Shown: positions 18,920 to 31,234 of the stretch, in pieces
How the letters are laid out: every line of letters starts with the position of its first letter
Numbering within the stretch: position 1 is the stretch's first letter
From: an uncultured delta proteobacterium
GTDB taxonomy: Bacteria; Desulfobacterota; RBG-13-43-22
Direction of reading: 5' to 3'
Length of the DNA: 64,000 bases
Assembly: GCA_963790475.1 (NCBI GenBank)
Contig: CAWBOS010000015.1
Location: 128,001 to 192,000 of the forward strand
Made by a program: the position numbers and the translations under genes
Notes under the pieces: model-generated
What the model was told of the DNA's origin: nothing
Seen by the model: only the letters and a program-made list of their open reading frames with translations
The model's database searches: none

Positions 18920-21412
18920 CTATTTAACGACAATATTGACTAACCTTCTTTGAATCACAATGGTCTTGACCCATTCTTTTCCTTGAAGCCATTCCTGAAT
19001 TCTCGGCTGTTCCCAAGCCAGTTTCTTGATTTCTTCCTCGGTTACTGAAGGTCCAACCATAATCCTTGACCGGACCTTGCCGTTAACCTGGATGACAACC
19101 ACCTGTTCTTCTTCCTGCAAGGCATCGGAATCCCACCCCGGCCAGGGTTGGTCATGGATGCTCCCCTTTTTACCCAGGATCTTCCAGAGCTCCTGGCACA
19201 GATGGGGGACGATAGGCGATAGGAGGATCAGGCCGGTTTCCACCGCCCTGGTCAGCAGGGCTATTTTCTCAGGGTCATCACCAACCTCGGCTTGAAATAA
19301 ATAAAGGGCATTGACCAATTCCATAACCGCACTGATGGCGGTGTTGAAATGAAACCGGTCCTCAATGTCCTCGGTAACCTTTTTGATGGTCTGATTCAAT
19401 TTGATATATATGCTTCGACCTGAACCTTTGAAGGGGATATTTGTTTCAGAAAGGGAGTCTCCTTGTTTTACATCCCCACAATCTAAAACTAAATTCCAGA
19501 ACCGATGGAGAAACCGGAAAGCACCATCAACCCCTTGGTCACTCCATTCTAAATCCCTGTCCGGCGGAGAGGCAAAAAGGCAAAAAAGCCGCACAGTATC
19601 GGCCCCATATTTTTGGATCAAGGCATCGGGATCCACGACATTGCCCTTGGACTTGGACATTTTGGCCCCGTCTTTAATCACCATCCCCTGGGTGAGCAGA
19701 TTAAGGAAGGGTTCATCCACTTTCAGCCAGCCCAAATCCCGGAGGACCTTGGTAAAAAAACGGGAGTACAATAAGTGAAGGACCGCGTGTTCGATCCCGC
19801 CTATATATTGATCCACCGGCATCCAGTAGTTCACCCGCTTTGAATCGAGAGGCCCTTGGGTATAATCCGGGCAGGCATAGCGATCGAAATACCAGGAAGA
19901 TTCCACAAAGGTATCCATCGTATCGGTTTCCCGGCGGCCCGGACCAGCACATTTTGGACAGGTGGTTTCGAGAAATTCCTTAAGCAAGGGCAGGGGTGAT
20001 CCTCCGGCCGGGGTGATCTCAGCCTCAAGAGGCAGAAGGACCGGCAAGTCTTCTTCCCTTACCGGGACTATCCCGCATCGCTCGCAATAAATCATCGGGA
20101 TTGGCGCCCCCCAGTACCTTTGTCTGGAAACTCCCCAGTCCCGTAAACGGTATTGGACTTTTTCCCTGCCCTCCTCTTTTCCTTCTAGATAGCGAGTGAC
20201 AGCCGTTTTGGCCGCCTCATTATCCTGTCCGTTAAAGAGGCCGGAATTGACCAGTTTCCCGGGCCCCTCATAGGCCTCTTTCATGGTTTCCGGGGTCAAG
20301 GGTTCTTCTCCAACCGGCTGAATAACCACCCTGAGCGGCAAATCATATTTGTGAGCAAATTCGAAATCCCGCTGGTCATGGGTAGGTACGGCCATAACCG
20401 CCCCGGTCCCGTATGCCATCAGGACAAAATTGGCTACAAATATAGGCATCTTCTCTTGGGTAAGCGGATTAATGCAAAAGGCGCCGGTGAAAACACCTTC
20501 TTTCTCCAGATCGACATCCGAATCAGGCCGACGGTTCAACCCTTGAACTTTTTTCACGAAGGCCTTGACCTTATCTTCCTGGGGGGTGTTCCGGCATAGC
20601 TTCTGAACCATTGGATGTTCAACGGCCAGGCTCATAAAGGTGGCCCCGTAAAGGGTATCCGGCCTGGTGGTAAAAACGGTCAATTTCCCGGATCCATCTT
20701 CCAGGGGAAAATCAATTTCCGTTCCAAAACTCTTCCCGATCCAGTTGCGCTGCATGGTCAGGACCTTTTCCGGCCAGCCCGGCAGATTTTCACACCAGGA
20801 AAGCAGCTCCTCGGCATATTGAGTGATCCGGAAAAACCATTGTTCCAACTCTTTCCCTTGAACCGGCTGGTCGCAACGCCAGCATTGACCTTCTCCCACG
20901 ACCTGTTCGTTGGCTAAAACCGTTTGGCATTGATTGCACCAATTGACTAAAGACCTTCGGCGATAGACCAGCCCTTTTTCCCACATCTTCAGGAAAAAAA
21001 GTTGCTCCCATTTATAATACGTGGGATCACAGGTCGCCAATTCGCGATCCCAGTCATAGCTGAAACCCAATCGTTTCAACTGGGTCCTCATATAATCGAT
21101 ATTATCATAGGTCCAGCGGGCCGGATGGACCTTATTGGCAATGGCCGCATTTTCAGCCGGCATGCCGAAGGCGTCCCAGCCCATGGGGTGCAGGACGTTG
21201 AATCCTCTCATCCGTTTATATCGAGCCACCACATCACCGATGGTGTAGTTCCGCACATGGCCCATATGGATCCTTCCTGAAGGATAAGGGAACATTTCCA
21301 GGAGATAATATTTCTTCCGGTCCGGATCCTCAACCACCCTGAAGGCCTTGTCTTGCTCCCAGCGGGCCTGCCATTTGGCCTCAATAGCATGGGGATTATA
21401 TTTTACTTTCAT
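18920..21412 (-). CDS. leuS: Leucine--tRNA ligase
   Basis: MFPYPSG, HMGH and KMSKS motifs. Confidence 0.99.
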   Translation of the reverse strand: MKVKYNPHAIEAKWQARWEQDKAFRVVEDPDRKKYYLLEMFPYPSGRIHMGHVRNYTIGDVVARYKRMRGFNVLHPMGWDAFGMPAENAAIANKVHPARWTYDNIDYMRTQLKRLGFSYDWDRELATCDPTYYKWEQLFFLKMWEKGLVYRRRSLVNWCNQCQTVLANEQVVGEGQCWRCDQPVQGKELEQWFFRITQYAEELLSWCENLPGWPEKVLTMQRNWIGKSFGTEIDFPLEDGSGKLTVFTTRPDTLYGATFMSLAVEHPMVQKLCRNTPQEDKVKAFVKKVQGLNRRPDSDVDLEKEGVFTGAFCINPLTQEKMPIFVANFVLMAYGTGAVMAVPTHDQRDFEFAHKYDLPLRVVIQPVGEEPLTPETMKEAYEGPGKLVNSGLFNGQDNEAAKTAVTRYLEGKEEGREKVQYRLRDWGVSRQRYWGAPIPMIYCERCGIVPVREEDLPVLLPLEAEITPAGGSPLPLLKEFLETTCPKCAGPGRRETDTMDTFVESSWYFDRYACPDYTQGPLDSKRVNYWMPVDQYIGGIEHAVLHLLYSRFFTKVLRDLGWLKVDEPFLNLLTQGMVIKDGAKMSKSKGNVVDPDALIQKYGADTVRLFCLFASPPDRDLEWSDQGVDGAFRFLHRFWNLVLDCGDVKQGDSLSETNIPFKGSGRSIYIKLNQTIKKVTEDIEDRFHFNTAISAVMELVNALYLFQAEVGDDPEKIALLTRAVETGLILLSPIVPHLCQELWKILGKKGSIHDQPWPGWDSDALQEEEQVVVIQVNGKVRSRIMVGPSVTEEEIKKLAWEQPRIQEWLQGKEWVKTIVIQRRLVNIVVK

Positions 21413-21503
21413 AAGTTAAACTGATCCTCTTTTTTGATACTGGATTCTGACTTTGGTCAGAAAAGTGAAAAGATCTAAGGGCCCGACCTATTACCGCCCC
21501 TGA

Positions 21504-22031
21504 CTAGGCTGGGTCGGGCTTTTTCCCGTCGGTCTCGGACTTTCCATATCGCTCCAAAAATATTCTGTCCAGAATGCCGTTGATAAAAGCCCCCGACTCT
21601 TCCGTGCCGTATTGTTTTCCCAGATCGATGGCTTCATTAATGGCCACCCGGGGTGGGATGTCGCTGCAATAGACCAGTTCATAAACAGCTATTCTCAAAA
21701 TATTCCGGTCTACCCCGGACATCCGCTCTATCCGCCAATTTTCGGTATACTTCTTAATGAGACGATCAATGGCTTCTTTCTGTTCCTCTACCCCAAGGAC
21801 AAGACGGGAAAAATAGGGTTGGGATCCTTCTTTTACCGGAAAGTTCTCTGAAAAAACGGCCAGGGATCCCTCATTAGAGTTAAAAGGATTCATCTCTATA
21901 AAAAACAGGGCTTGAAGAGCCGCTTCTCTTGATTTTCTTCGGCTTCCTTTGGACGGGGTCTTCGGATCAGAAGTTTGTGGTAAGTCCGATGTCTCCTTCT
22001 GCTCCTTACTTGCCTTGACAGAATTATTCAT
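21504..22031 (-). CDS. nusB: Transcription antitermination factor NusB (start uncertain)
   Basis: [24 protein letters not shown] and FINGILD motifs. Confidence 0.95.
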   Translation of the reverse strand: MNNSVKASKEQKETSDLPQTSDPKTPSKGSRRKSREAALQALFFIEMNPFNSNEGSLAVFSENFPVKEGSQPYFSRLVLGVEEQKEAIDRLIKKYTENWRIERMSGVDRNILRIAVYELVYCSDIPPRVAINEAIDLGKQYGTEESGAFINGILDRIFLERYGKSETDGKKPDPA

Positions 22032-22494
22032 GTATTTTTTTGAGCAAATCCACCATCTCAATCGCCGCTATGGCAGCACTCCAGCCTTTATTCCCGGCCT
22101 TGGAACCGGCCCGCTCTATGGCCTGCTCCAGGGTATCGGTGGTCAACACCCCGAAAGACATGGGGACCCCGGTTTCCAGAGAGGCGTTGGCGATACCCTT
22201 GGACATCTCGGCACTGACATAATCAAAATGAGGGGTCGATCCCCGAATCACCGCGCCAAGGCAAATGATGGCATCATATTTTTTTTGTAAAGCCAAGCGC
22301 TTGGCCACCAAGGGAATTTCGAAGGCCCCCGGCACTTTAAATATTGCCAGGTCTTTATCCTTGGCCCCGTTCCGATTCAAGGCATCCAAGGCCCCTCCTA
22401 CCAGATGTTCGCTAATGAAATCATTGAAACGGCTTACCACCAGGGCGAATTTCATCCCCTCGGCCTGCAAATTTCCTTCAAATATTTTGGGCAT
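22024..22494 (-). CDS. ribH: 6,7-dimethyl-8-ribityllumazine synthase
   Basis: [12 protein letters not shown] and GSTPHFDYV motifs. Confidence 0.97.
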   Translation of the reverse strand: MPKIFEGNLQAEGMKFALVVSRFNDFISEHLVGGALDALNRNGAKDKDLAIFKVPGAFEIPLVAKRLALQKKYDAIICLGAVIRGSTPHFDYVSAEMSKGIANASLETGVPMSFGVLTTDTLEQAIERAGSKAGNKGWSAAIAAIEMVDLLKKIHE

Positions 22495-22638
22495 CGGCCT
22501 TCCTCCTTTAATGAAATAAGGTTCAAGGTGTAAGGCCTGCGCCTGCACGCCCGCAGGGGCAGGAGGTCCAAAGGAAAACCGTATACCTTATACCGTGGAC
22601 CTTGGACCCTTACTTGCTTGAAACCTTGAATCTTAGAA

Positions 22639-23869
22639 CTAACTTTTTACCGCTTCCACATCATCGGTACTCAGATTAAGCAGGTGTCCCATTTTTTGTC
22701 GTTTGGTTTTCAGGTAATTGATATTCTCTTTCTTGGGGAAAATTTCAATGGGTACCCGTTCGGTTACCTGGAGGCCGTATCCTTCCAATCCGATTATTTT
22801 CTTTGGGTTATTGGTCATTAGACGCATCTTTCGAACCCCCAGGTCCGCCAAGATCTGAGCCCCGATCCCGTAATCCCGAAGATCGGGCTTAAATCCCAGG
22901 GCCTCATTGGCCTCAACCGTATCTTTCCCCTGATCCTGAAGCATATAAGCCCTGAGCTTATTGACCAGACCGATTCCCCGCCCTTCCTGATGGATGTACA
23001 GCAAAACGCCGCATCCCTCTTTTTCAATCTTTTTCAAGGGCGGCCTTAAGCTGTTCCCCACAATCGCACCGTAAGGAACCGAAGACATCTCCGGTCAGGC
23101 ATTCGGAATGGACCCGGACTAAGATCTCCTGTTTAGGGTTTATTTCTCCTTTAACTAAGGCCAAATGCTGGTGTTCATCGACATCGTTCTCATAGACAAT
23201 AGCTTTAAAAGTACCATAAGGGGTAGGCAAAACAGTCTCCGCCCGTCGATGCACAAAGGATTCGTTCTGAAAACGGTATTCGATCAGGTCCTGGATGGTA
23301 ATTATCTTGAGGTCGTGCTCCCGGGAAAAAGACTCCAGGTCCGGCATCCGGGCCATGGTCCCATCATCCTTCATGATCTCGCAAATGACGCCATAGGGTT
23401 TTAGGCCGGCAAGACGGGACAGATCCACGGAACCTTCGGTTTGCCCGGTCCGTACCAAAACCCCTCCTTCTCGAGCCCGTAGAGGGAAGATATGACCCGG
23501 GCTGACCAGGTCTTCAGGTTGGGCTTTGTCGTTGATAGCCGCCAGAACAGTCGTCGCCCGGTCGGCGGCGGAAATCCCGGTAGTCACGCCCTTGCGAGCT
23601 TCAATGGATACCGTAAAGGCCGTTTTAAAGCTTGAAGTATTATGACGGACCATCATCGGCAACTGTAACTTTTCAATCTTCTCAGGTGTCAAGGAAAGGC
23701 AAATAAGACCTCGTCCGTACCTGGCCATAAAATTGATGGCTTCCGGCGTAACTTTTTCAGCAGCCATGGTCAGATCCCCTTCGTTTTCGCGATCTTCATC
23801 GTCGACCAGGATGATCATCTTGCCGGCCCGGATATCTTCCAGAGCTTCATCTATCGTTGAAATAGGCAT
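22639..23869 (-). CDS. ribBA: Bifunctional DHBP synthase / GTP cyclohydrolase II (frameshift near 23030)
   Basis: [10 protein letters not shown] and [10 protein letters not shown], then QEGRGIGL in the next frame. One extra A in an A run. Confidence 0.96.
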
Positions 23870-23965
23870 ACTCCACTCCTTCGAAAGCTATCAGCCATTA
23901 GTAATCAGCGGTCAGTTTCGTTTTCTTTTTGCTGAAGGCTAATTGCTGGATGCTTAGCTATTCTT

Positions 23966-24622
23966 TTATAAAAATCCGTGTTCTTTTAAAAAACCCTCAT
24001 TCACCTTTGATTTTGGAGAAGGGCCGTCCTCATTTCGGCGGGATAGAAATTGGACTATATATTTCCCGATCAGATCGGTTTCCAGGTTAACCAGGTCTCC
24101 GATCTTCTTCTCCCCTAGGGTGGTTTGAGCCCCCGTATGGGGAATAATGGTCAGGTCAAAATCTTTCTCCCCAACCCTATTAACGGTTAGACTGACCCCA
24201 TCGACCGTAATAGACCCTTTTTCAACTATAAGGGGTCGTAATGAAGCCGAAAAGGATATTTTTAACAAGAATAAACCTTCCCGAATATCTTTTTTAACAA
24301 TCCTGCCGGTTCCATCAATATGACCGGTAACCCAGTGTCCGCCCAGCCGGTCGGACAGTCGCAAGGCCCTTTCCAGGTTGACTCGGTCTCCGACCTTGAG
24401 CCCCCCCAGATCCGAACGGGTCAGGGTTTCTTCCGAGGCATCAACTGAGAAGGAATTTCCCTTCCAGGCCGTGACTGTCAAACAGACCCCATTCACCGCA
24501 ATGCTTTCTCCCAGTTTCCTTTCTTCCCAGGGGAATCCCGGCTTGATCGATAACAGGGCTTTATCCCTTTCCTTTTCAATCCGGAGAACTTCCCCCTGCC
24601 CTTCAACTAATCCGGTAAACAT
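23966..24622 (-). CDS. ribE: Riboflavin synthase
   Basis: MFTGLVE, NGVCLTV and VNLERAL motifs. Confidence 0.97.
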   Translation of the reverse strand: MFTGLVEGQGEVLRIEKERDKALLSIKPGFPWEERKLGESIAVNGVCLTVTAWKGNSFSVDASEETLTRSDLGGLKVGDRVNLERALRLSDRLGGHWVTGHIDGTGRIVKKDIREGLFLLKISFSASLRPLIVEKGSITVDGVSLTVNRVGEKDFDLTIIPHTGAQTTLGEKKIGDLVNLETDLIGKYIVQFLSRRNEDGPSPKSKVNEGFLKEHGFL

Positions 24623-24746
24623 ACTGGGCTATCTCGTCTGTTTCGCCATGTTGAGTCTATTTTATCTAATAGGTAAAGTGCCTTCAGCCTTCACTGTTTT
24701 GTTTTTTGCCTCTAGCCTCGTGCCTCTCTCCTGTTTTTATATTATC

Positions 24747-25853
24747 TCACGTTTCAGGATAGGCTTCCACTAAAATATCCCCGGACCAAGGTTTAACTTT
24801 CATCTCTTTAAACCGGATGGCCTCGGTCATTTGGGTTATCCCTGTCCCACCGATCATTCCTATGGCCTTTCGGCCGCCGATAAGACAAGGGGCAATAAAA
24901 ACAACCAGTTTATCTGCCTGACGTTTGGATAGGAAAGAACCGTAAACCTCGGCCCCCCCTTCAATCAAAAGACTGGTAATTCCTCTCCGGCCCAAACGGA
25001 TCAACAGCTCTTTGACTGAGATCTGTCCCTTGCGGTCAGGCAGGGAGAGGATTTCCACCCCTTTCTTTTCCAATTCCCGCTTTTTACGGATAGGCACCCG
25101 AGGCCCGGTGACCACCAGGGTCCTTCCGGGACCTGCCAGAATTCGGGCTCCTGTAGAAATACGCAAGCGAGGATCCAGGACGATCCGTAAAGGATCTTTG
25201 ATCTTTCCCCGAGCTAACCTTACGGTCAATAACGGATCATCTTTAACCACGGTCCCGATACCCACCAGAACCCCATCCACCTGGTTTCGTATTCGGTGAA
25301 CCAAAAGCCGGGAACGTTCGTTGCTGATCCATTTTGAATCGCCGGTCCTGGTGGCAATCCGACCGTCAAGGCTGATAGCCGCTTTCAAAGTGACGAAAGG
25401 AAGACCGGTAGTAATCCATTTGATATAGACTTCGTTCAGACGCCGACATTCTTTCTCCAGAATCCCCTGAACCACCTCGATCCCCTGGGAACGAAGCCGG
25501 TCAGCCCCGCCTCCTTTTACGCTGGGGTTGGGATCGGACATTCCGAAAACCACCTTTTTTATTCCACTGGCCAGGATGGCCTGGGTGCAGGGAGGGGTTC
25601 GGCCGAAATGATTGCAGGGCTCCAGGTTGACATACAGGGTCGCCCCCTTGGCTTCTTTCCCCGCTTGAGCGATGGCCATCGGTTCGGCATGGAGACCGCC
25701 GGCCTTTTGATGCACCCCCTGCCCGACAATAACCCCTTTTCGGACCACCACCGCCCCGACCATCGGGTTTGGAGAGGTCCGTCCCAGACCTTTTCGGGCC
25801 AGGTTAATGGCCTTTTTCATGTATTGGATATCTGTTAGAGCAAGCGAGGACAT
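24747..25853 (-). CDS. ribD: Bifunctional riboflavin deaminase/reductase
   Basis: PNPMVG, HAE, LEPCNH...PPC and IEGG motifs. Confidence 0.97.
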   Translation of the reverse strand: MSSLALTDIQYMKKAINLARKGLGRTSPNPMVGAVVVRKGVIVGQGVHQKAGGLHAEPMAIAQAGKEAKGATLYVNLEPCNHFGRTPPCTQAILASGIKKVVFGMSDPNPSVKGGGADRLRSQGIEVVQGILEKECRRLNEVYIKWITTGLPFVTLKAAISLDGRIATRTGDSKWISNERSRLLVHRIRNQVDGVLVGIGTVVKDDPLLTVRLARGKIKDPLRIVLDPRLRISTGARILAGPGRTLVVTGPRVPIRKKRELEKKGVEILSLPDRKGQISVKELLIRLGRRGITSLLIEGGAEVYGSFLSKRQADKLVVFIAPCLIGGRKAIGMIGGTGITQMTEAIRFKEMKVKPWSGDILVEAYPET

Positions 25854-25858
25854 AAGGA

Positions 25859-25939
25859 GTGTCAAGTGGCAAGTGACAAGTGGCAAGTGACAAACTCTTT
25901 TTCGAATTTCTCGTCACCCGTCACTCGTCACTCGTCACT
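25859..25939. repeat. Inverted pair of 7-bp tandem repeats
   Basis: GTGTCAA GTGGCAA GTGACAA GTGGCAA GTGACAA, spacer, then about four TCGTCAC-like units. Confidence 0.8.
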
Positions 25940-26420
25940 TTTTCTTTTTCTTCGTTTCCTTCTTCTTACGGCTCTCCAGCAGTTCTTTCAACTCCAGCAC
26001 GAAGTCACCCGGGTCTTTAAATTGGCGGTACACAGAGGCGAAACGCACATAAGCCACATCGTCCCATTCATGAAGCTTGGCCATGACCAACTCGCCGATC
26101 TCCGTGGTAGCAATCTCCTTGCGCCCGGAGTCCTGAAAAGACTGCTCCAAATAATCTATAAACTCTTCAATGGCCTCGACACTGATCGGCCGCTTCTTGC
26201 AAGCTACCTGAATCCCTTCAGCGATTTTTTCCCGTTGAAAAGGTTCTCGCCTTCCATCTTTTTTGATCACCACCGGATGGATTTCTTCTACTTTCTCATA
26301 GGTGGTAAACCGGCGCTGACAGGCATCACATTCCCTCCGCCTCCGGATCATGATCCCTTCCCGGCTAAGTCTCGAATCCACGACCTTGTTATTAAAGGAA
26401 CCACAATAAGGACATTTCAT
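25935..26420 (-). CDS. nrdR: Transcriptional repressor NrdR
   Basis: MKCPYC, RRRREC, RFTTYE and AYVRFASVY motifs. Confidence 0.98.
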   Translation of the reverse strand: MKCPYCGSFNNKVVDSRLSREGIMIRRRRECDACQRRFTTYEKVEEIHPVVIKKDGRREPFQREKIAEGIQVACKKRPISVEAIEEFIDYLEQSFQDSGRKEIATTEIGELVMAKLHEWDDVAYVRFASVYRQFKDPGDFVLELKELLESRKKKETKKKKK

Positions 26421-26423
26421 GGA

Positions 26424-26885
26424 TCATTCCTTTCCGGAAAATTGGATCACCGGAACCTGGGCGACCTTCAACAAATCTTCTGAAAGGGTATCGGCATAAC
26501 CTTCCCGATAAAATATTTCGCGTATCCCGGCGTTGATCAGCATCTTGGAGCAAATGACGCAAGGGAGGTTGGTGCAATACAAAGTCGCCCCCGCAATGGA
26601 TACTCCGTGATGAGCAGCCTGAATAATCACATTTTGTTCGGCATGAATGCCCCGGCATAATTCGTGCCGTTCTCCGGAGGGGATCCCTTCCTGTTCCCTC
26701 AGGCAGCCGACATCCAGACAATGGGGAATACCGGAGGGTGCCCCATTGTATCCGGTGGCCAGTATCCTTTTCCCTTTGACGGCCACGGCCCCTACCCGTC
26801 GTCGCAGGCAGGTCGAACGCCGGGCCACCAGATCCGCAATATCCATAAAATAGACCGGCCAGGGAGGGCGCGTAGTAATAGACAT
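26424..26885 (-). CDS. Deoxycytidylate deaminase family protein
   Basis: RSTCLRR, GYNG, HAEQN and PCVIC motifs. Confidence 0.93.
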   Translation of the reverse strand: MSITTRPPWPVYFMDIADLVARRSTCLRRRVGAVAVKGKRILATGYNGAPSGIPHCLDVGCLREQEGIPSGERHELCRGIHAEQNVIIQAAHHGVSIAGATLYCTNLPCVICSKMLINAGIREIFYREGYADTLSEDLLKVAQVPVIQFSGKE

Positions 26886-26934
26886 AAATGATCTCTTAAA
26901 AACTGTGGGAGGGTCTTTTGGGCTTTATCATCCC

Positions 26935-28197
26935 TTATCCGGGAAAAAGGGGAAACCCCCGGCAAAAATCCCGGACTTCTTTGCGAATCTGCTTCAGGAT
27001 CCCTTTGTTTCCAGCTTGATTCAAAACCCTGGTGATAAAACCGGCCACTTGAATCATCTCGGGTTCTTTCATCCCCCTGGTCGTTAACGCTGGTGTCCCC
27101 AAACGAATCCCGCTGGTGATCTGGGGACCTCTGGTCTCAAAGGGGATGCTGTTTTTGTTGGCCGTGATACCGGCCAGGTCCAAGGCCTGTTCCGCTTCCA
27201 CCCCGGTCAATCCGCTGAAGCCGACGTCCATCAGGATCATGTGATTATCGGTTCCTTTGGATACCAATTTGAACCCTGGCTTCATCAATGCGTCGGCCAG
27301 GACCCGGGCATTGAGCACCACTTGTTCCTGATAGGTTTTGAAACCCGGGCTTAAGGCCTCTTTAAAAGCCACGGCCTTGGCGGCGATGGTGTGCATCATC
27401 GGTCCGCCCTGAATGCCGGGGAAAACCTGAGAGTCTATCATCTTACCGTATTCGGCTTTGGCCAGAATTAAACCGCCACGGGGTCCTCTTAAGGTCTTGT
27501 GGGTGGTAGAGGTGATAAAATCCGCACCGGGCACCGGAGATGGATGGAGTTCAACAGCAATCAATCCGGCAATATGGGCCATATCCACCATCAAATAGGC
27601 CCCCACTTCCCGGGCAATCCGGGAAAAGGCATTAAAATCAAGAATCCGGGTATAGGCACTGGCCCCGGCAATAATCAACTTGGGACGAATTTTTTGGGCA
27701 AGATCGGCCACTTGTTGATAATCGATTCTTTCGGTTTCCCGGTCCACACCATAAGAATGAATATGATAAAACCTTCCTGAAAAACTGACCGGACTCCCGT
27801 GAGTCAGATGCCCTCCGTGAGCTAAATCCATACTGAGGATCTTCTCCCCGGGGTTAAGGATCGAAAAAAAAACAGCCATATTGGCCTGGGAACCGGAATG
27901 GGGCTGAACATTAGCGTAGTCGGTCTTGAAGATCCGACAGACCCGTTCCCTGGCCAGGGTTTCTACCTGATCCGCGTATTCACAACCTCCATAATATCGT
28001 TTCCCAGGATACCCCTCGGCATACTTGTTGGTTAAGATGCAACCCTGGGCTTCCATAACCGCCAAGCTGGCAAAATTCTCGGAAGCAATCAGTTCTAATT
28101 TCTCGGTCTGCCGTTTCAGTTCCCCCTGAAAGGCTTTGGCCACTTCCGGGTCAACGGCTTTCAAGTAAAGGCTTGGCTTTCCGGCTCCCTTGATCAT
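26935..28197 (-). CDS. glyA: Serine hydroxymethyltransferase
   Basis: [17 protein letters not shown] and [12 protein letters not shown] motifs. Confidence 0.99.
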   Translation of the reverse strand: MIKGAGKPSLYLKAVDPEVAKAFQGELKRQTEKLELIASENFASLAVMEAQGCILTNKYAEGYPGKRYYGGCEYADQVETLARERVCRIFKTDYANVQPHSGSQANMAVFFSILNPGEKILSMDLAHGGHLTHGSPVSFSGRFYHIHSYGVDRETERIDYQQVADLAQKIRPKLIIAGASAYTRILDFNAFSRIAREVGAYLMVDMAHIAGLIAVELHPSPVPGADFITSTTHKTLRGPRGGLILAKAEYGKMIDSQVFPGIQGGPMMHTIAAKAVAFKEALSPGFKTYQEQVVLNARVLADALMKPGFKLVSKGTDNHMILMDVGFSGLTGVEAEQALDLAGITANKNSIPFETRGPQITSGIRLGTPALTTRGMKEPEMIQVAGFITRVLNQAGNKGILKQIRKEVRDFCRGFPLFPG

Positions 28198-28652
28198 GAA
28201 CAGCCCTTATCCATTTTCTTAATCCTTCTCAGATGCCTCCCTTTCTCAAATGGAGTTTCCAAAAAAGTCAGAACGATCTCCTGAGCCAACCCGGTTCCTA
28301 CCACCCGGCTCCCCAAAGCCAGGATATTGGCGTTATTGTGGGCCCGGGCCATCCGAACCGTATAAAGATCATTACAAAGAGCGGCCCGAACCCCGGGCAG
28401 TCTGTTGGCCGTAATGGACATGCCGATCCCGGTACCACAGATCAGGATGCCTGATTTTACCCGGCCGATCGAGACTTCCCTGGCCACTTTGAAAGCAAAA
28501 TCCGGGTAATCCACCGATTCGTCATTAAAGGTCCCGACATCTTTGAAGTGGACCCTTTTGGTTGAAAGTATTTTAAGGATGAATTCCTTTAATTCAAACC
28601 CGGCATGATCGGCAGCGATCAGGAGATCTACTTTTTTCTTTCTCTCAGGCAT
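28194..28652 (-). CDS. rpiB: Ribose-5-phosphate isomerase B
   Basis: DHAG, CGTGIG, HNNAN and GRHLRR motifs. Confidence 0.96.
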   Translation of the reverse strand: MPERKKKVDLLIAADHAGFELKEFILKILSTKRVHFKDVGTFNDESVDYPDFAFKVAREVSIGRVKSGILICGTGIGMSITANRLPGVRAALCNDLYTVRMARAHNNANILALGSRVVGTGLAQEIVLTFLETPFEKGRHLRRIKKMDKGCS

Positions 28653-29884
28653 ATTTTTTAAAAACCAGGACAGCATTGGTTCCCCCAAAGCCGAAAGAAT
28701 TGGTCATAGCGGCACCTACAGCGGCCTTCCGGGCCTGGTGGGGTACATAATCCAGATCGCACTGGGGATCCGGATTATCTAAATTGATCGTTGGCGGGAT
28801 AAGGTTTTCCTTAATAGTCATGACCGTAAAAACCGCTTCCACTCCTCCGGCACCTCCCAGCATGTGCCCGGTCATGGACTTCGTGGAGCTGATGGCCAAG
28901 TTGCTGCTGTGGTCCTTGAAAACAGCTTTGATGGCCAGGGTCTCAGCCCTATCATTCAAATCCGTTGAGGTCCCATGGGCATTGATGTATTGAATCTGCT
29001 CCGGTTTCATCCCGGCGTCATCCAGGGCCATCTGCATGCAGCGGATTGCCCCATCTCCATCAGGGGAAGGGGCGGTCATGTGATAGGCATCCCCGGTCAA
29101 TCCATAACCCACGATTTCCCCCAGGATCGGAACGCCCCGTTCCAAAGCAAACTCCAATTCTTCCAGGACCATTATGCCGCTGCCTTCAGCGATAACAAAT
29201 CCATCCCGGTCCTTGTCAAAGGGTCGGGAGGCCTTTTCCGGTTCCTCGTTCCGGGTGGAAAGCGCCCGCATGGCATTGAATCCACCCACGGCTAAAGGGG
29301 TGATTACCGCTTCAACTCCGCCGCAGATCATGGCCTTGGCCGCTCCTCTTTGAATCAGTTTAAAGGAGTCGCCGATAGCGTGGTTGCCGGCCGCACAAGC
29401 GGTCTCGATCGATAAATTAGGTCCTTTGGCCCCATATTCAATGGCGATTTGACCTGGCGCCATATTGGCGATCAACATGGGGATAAAAAAAGGACTGATC
29501 CGGTCCGGACCGCGAGAGAGCAGGACGGTATGAGTGTCTTCAATAGTTCGGAGTCCCCCCAATCCGCAGCCCGTTATTACCCCGACTTGAGGGGCCAATT
29601 CCGGGGTAATCTTCAAGCCTGATTGTTCCATGGCCATCCGAGCCGCACCCAGGGCATAATGAACAAAGACGTCAAGCCGCCTGATCAACTTTTGGGGATA
29701 CAAAATCCTCAACTTTAAACCCTTTGATCTCACCGGCTATCCGGGTGCGAAATTTGCCGGCATCAAAGCGGGTAATCGGTCCGATCCCCGACTTGCCTTG
29801 GCACAGATTTTCCCAGGTTTCTTTCACTCCTATCCCCACCGGAGTAACCAGACCCAGGCCCGTCACCACAACTCTTTTTTTCAA
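28645..29884 (-). CDS. fabF: Beta-ketoacyl-ACP synthase II (frameshift near 29690)
   Basis: RVVVTGLG in the first frame. TACAAG, NAHGTST, GHMLG and NSFGFGG in the second. Confidence 0.96.
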
Positions 29885-29919
29885 AACATCGCCTCCTGGA
29901 AAAAAGAATTCACCCTTTT

Positions 29920-30153
29920 TTATTGAGTGTGGGCCTTAATATAATCTATCGCATCTTGAACGGTTTTGATATTTTCGGCATCCTCATCGGCTATTGAAAT
30001 ATTAAAGGCCTCCTCCATGGCCATGATCATCTCCACCAGGTCCAAAGAATCGGCCCCCAGATCATCAACAAAAGATGCCTTGGAAACCACGTCCTCTTCG
30101 GCAACGCTCAACTGTTCAGTAATAATGGCCTTCACTTTTTCTTCAATATTCAT
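29920..30153 (-). CDS. acpP: Acyl carrier protein
   Basis: DLGADSLD motif. Confidence 0.97.
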   Translation of the reverse strand: MNIEEKVKAIITEQLSVAEEDVVSKASFVDDLGADSLDLVEMIMAMEEAFNISIADEDAENIKTVQDAIDYIKAHTQ

Positions 30154-30390
30154 GGGTAATTACCCTCCTTTCCTCATTTACTTTGGTTTTAGATATCACC
30201 TGTCGGCCCTGGGCTTTCAGTCTTATCTTCATTATCTTTTCTCTGCCTGTCTTCCTGCGGCCTCCAGGCAATCATAAATAAACTGCAATGAACGATCTGT
30301 CCAGTTAAAAAAGAAGCTGGAATCCAAGAGGCAGCAGCCAAAATGAAATCCCCTCATTCTGGATTCTGACTTCTGAATTCTGTTGATTTT

Positions 30391-31137
30391 TTATGTATAC
30401 ATCCCCCCGCTGATATGGATGACCTGGCCGGTAATATAGTCGGAAGCCTTTGAAACCAGGAAGGCCACCAAGTCGGCTACCTCTTCCGGTTTCCCGCTCC
30501 GGCCCATAGGGATCAAGCGCAAGAATTCCTGGCGGACCTTTTCCGGAAGCACGGAGGTCATCTCCGTATCGATAAATCCCGGGGCAACGGCATTCACCTG
30601 AATCCCCCGGGCAGCCACTTCTTTGGCGACTGATTTGGTGAATCCGATGATCCCGGCTTTGGAAGCGGCATAATTAGCCTGGCCGGGATTACCGATAACC
30701 CCGGAGACGGAAGCGATATTGACGATTTTCCCCGATTTATTTCTGATCATAGACCGGATCACCGCCTGGGTGCAATTGAAGACCCCTTTCAGATTAATGC
30801 CTATGACCCGGTCCCAGTCTTCTTCTTTCATTCGCATCAGCAGGGTATCACGGGTAATCCCGGCGTTGTTGATCAAAACGTCGATTCGGCCCCATTCCTT
30901 CAGCAGGCCATCAATCTGGGATTGCACCTCTTGAAAATCAGCCACACTAAAATAACAAATTTTTGCCTTGGCCCCTTTGGCTTCCGCCTCCCGCAAAGTC
31001 TGTTCAGCCATACCCGGCTCGGGATCATAATGGTTCAACAGCAAAACCGTTTCCGGCCCGGCCTGGCGCAGGGCAATGGCCCGGCCGATACCTCGAGAGG
31101 CGCCGGTAACCAGGATGACTTGCTGGTTTTCACTCAT
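30391..31137 (-). CDS. fabG: 3-oxoacyl-ACP reductase
   Basis: TGASRGIG, NNAGITRD and YAASK motifs. Confidence 0.96.
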   Translation of the reverse strand: MSENQQVILVTGASRGIGRAIALRQAGPETVLLLNHYDPEPGMAEQTLREAEAKGAKAKICYFSVADFQEVQSQIDGLLKEWGRIDVLINNAGITRDTLLMRMKEEDWDRVIGINLKGVFNCTQAVIRSMIRNKSGKIVNIASVSGVIGNPGQANYAASKAGIIGFTKSVAKEVAARGIQVNAVAPGFIDTEMTSVLPEKVRQEFLRLIPMGRSGKPEEVADLVAFLVSKASDYITGQVIHISGGMYT

Positions 31138-31234
31138 AGTGGACTCCTTAATTCCTTGCGATTATGTCGGATACTCAATATCAACGATAATCTCATTATG
31201 TCAGACATCAGGCTTCCGGCGTTCAGCTCGGGTA

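Noticed and set aside
23024-29733. TGA-terminated partial ORFs of ribBA and fabF as possible selenoproteins
   Set aside because: The protein continues in a different frame, so these are indels and not Sec readthrough.
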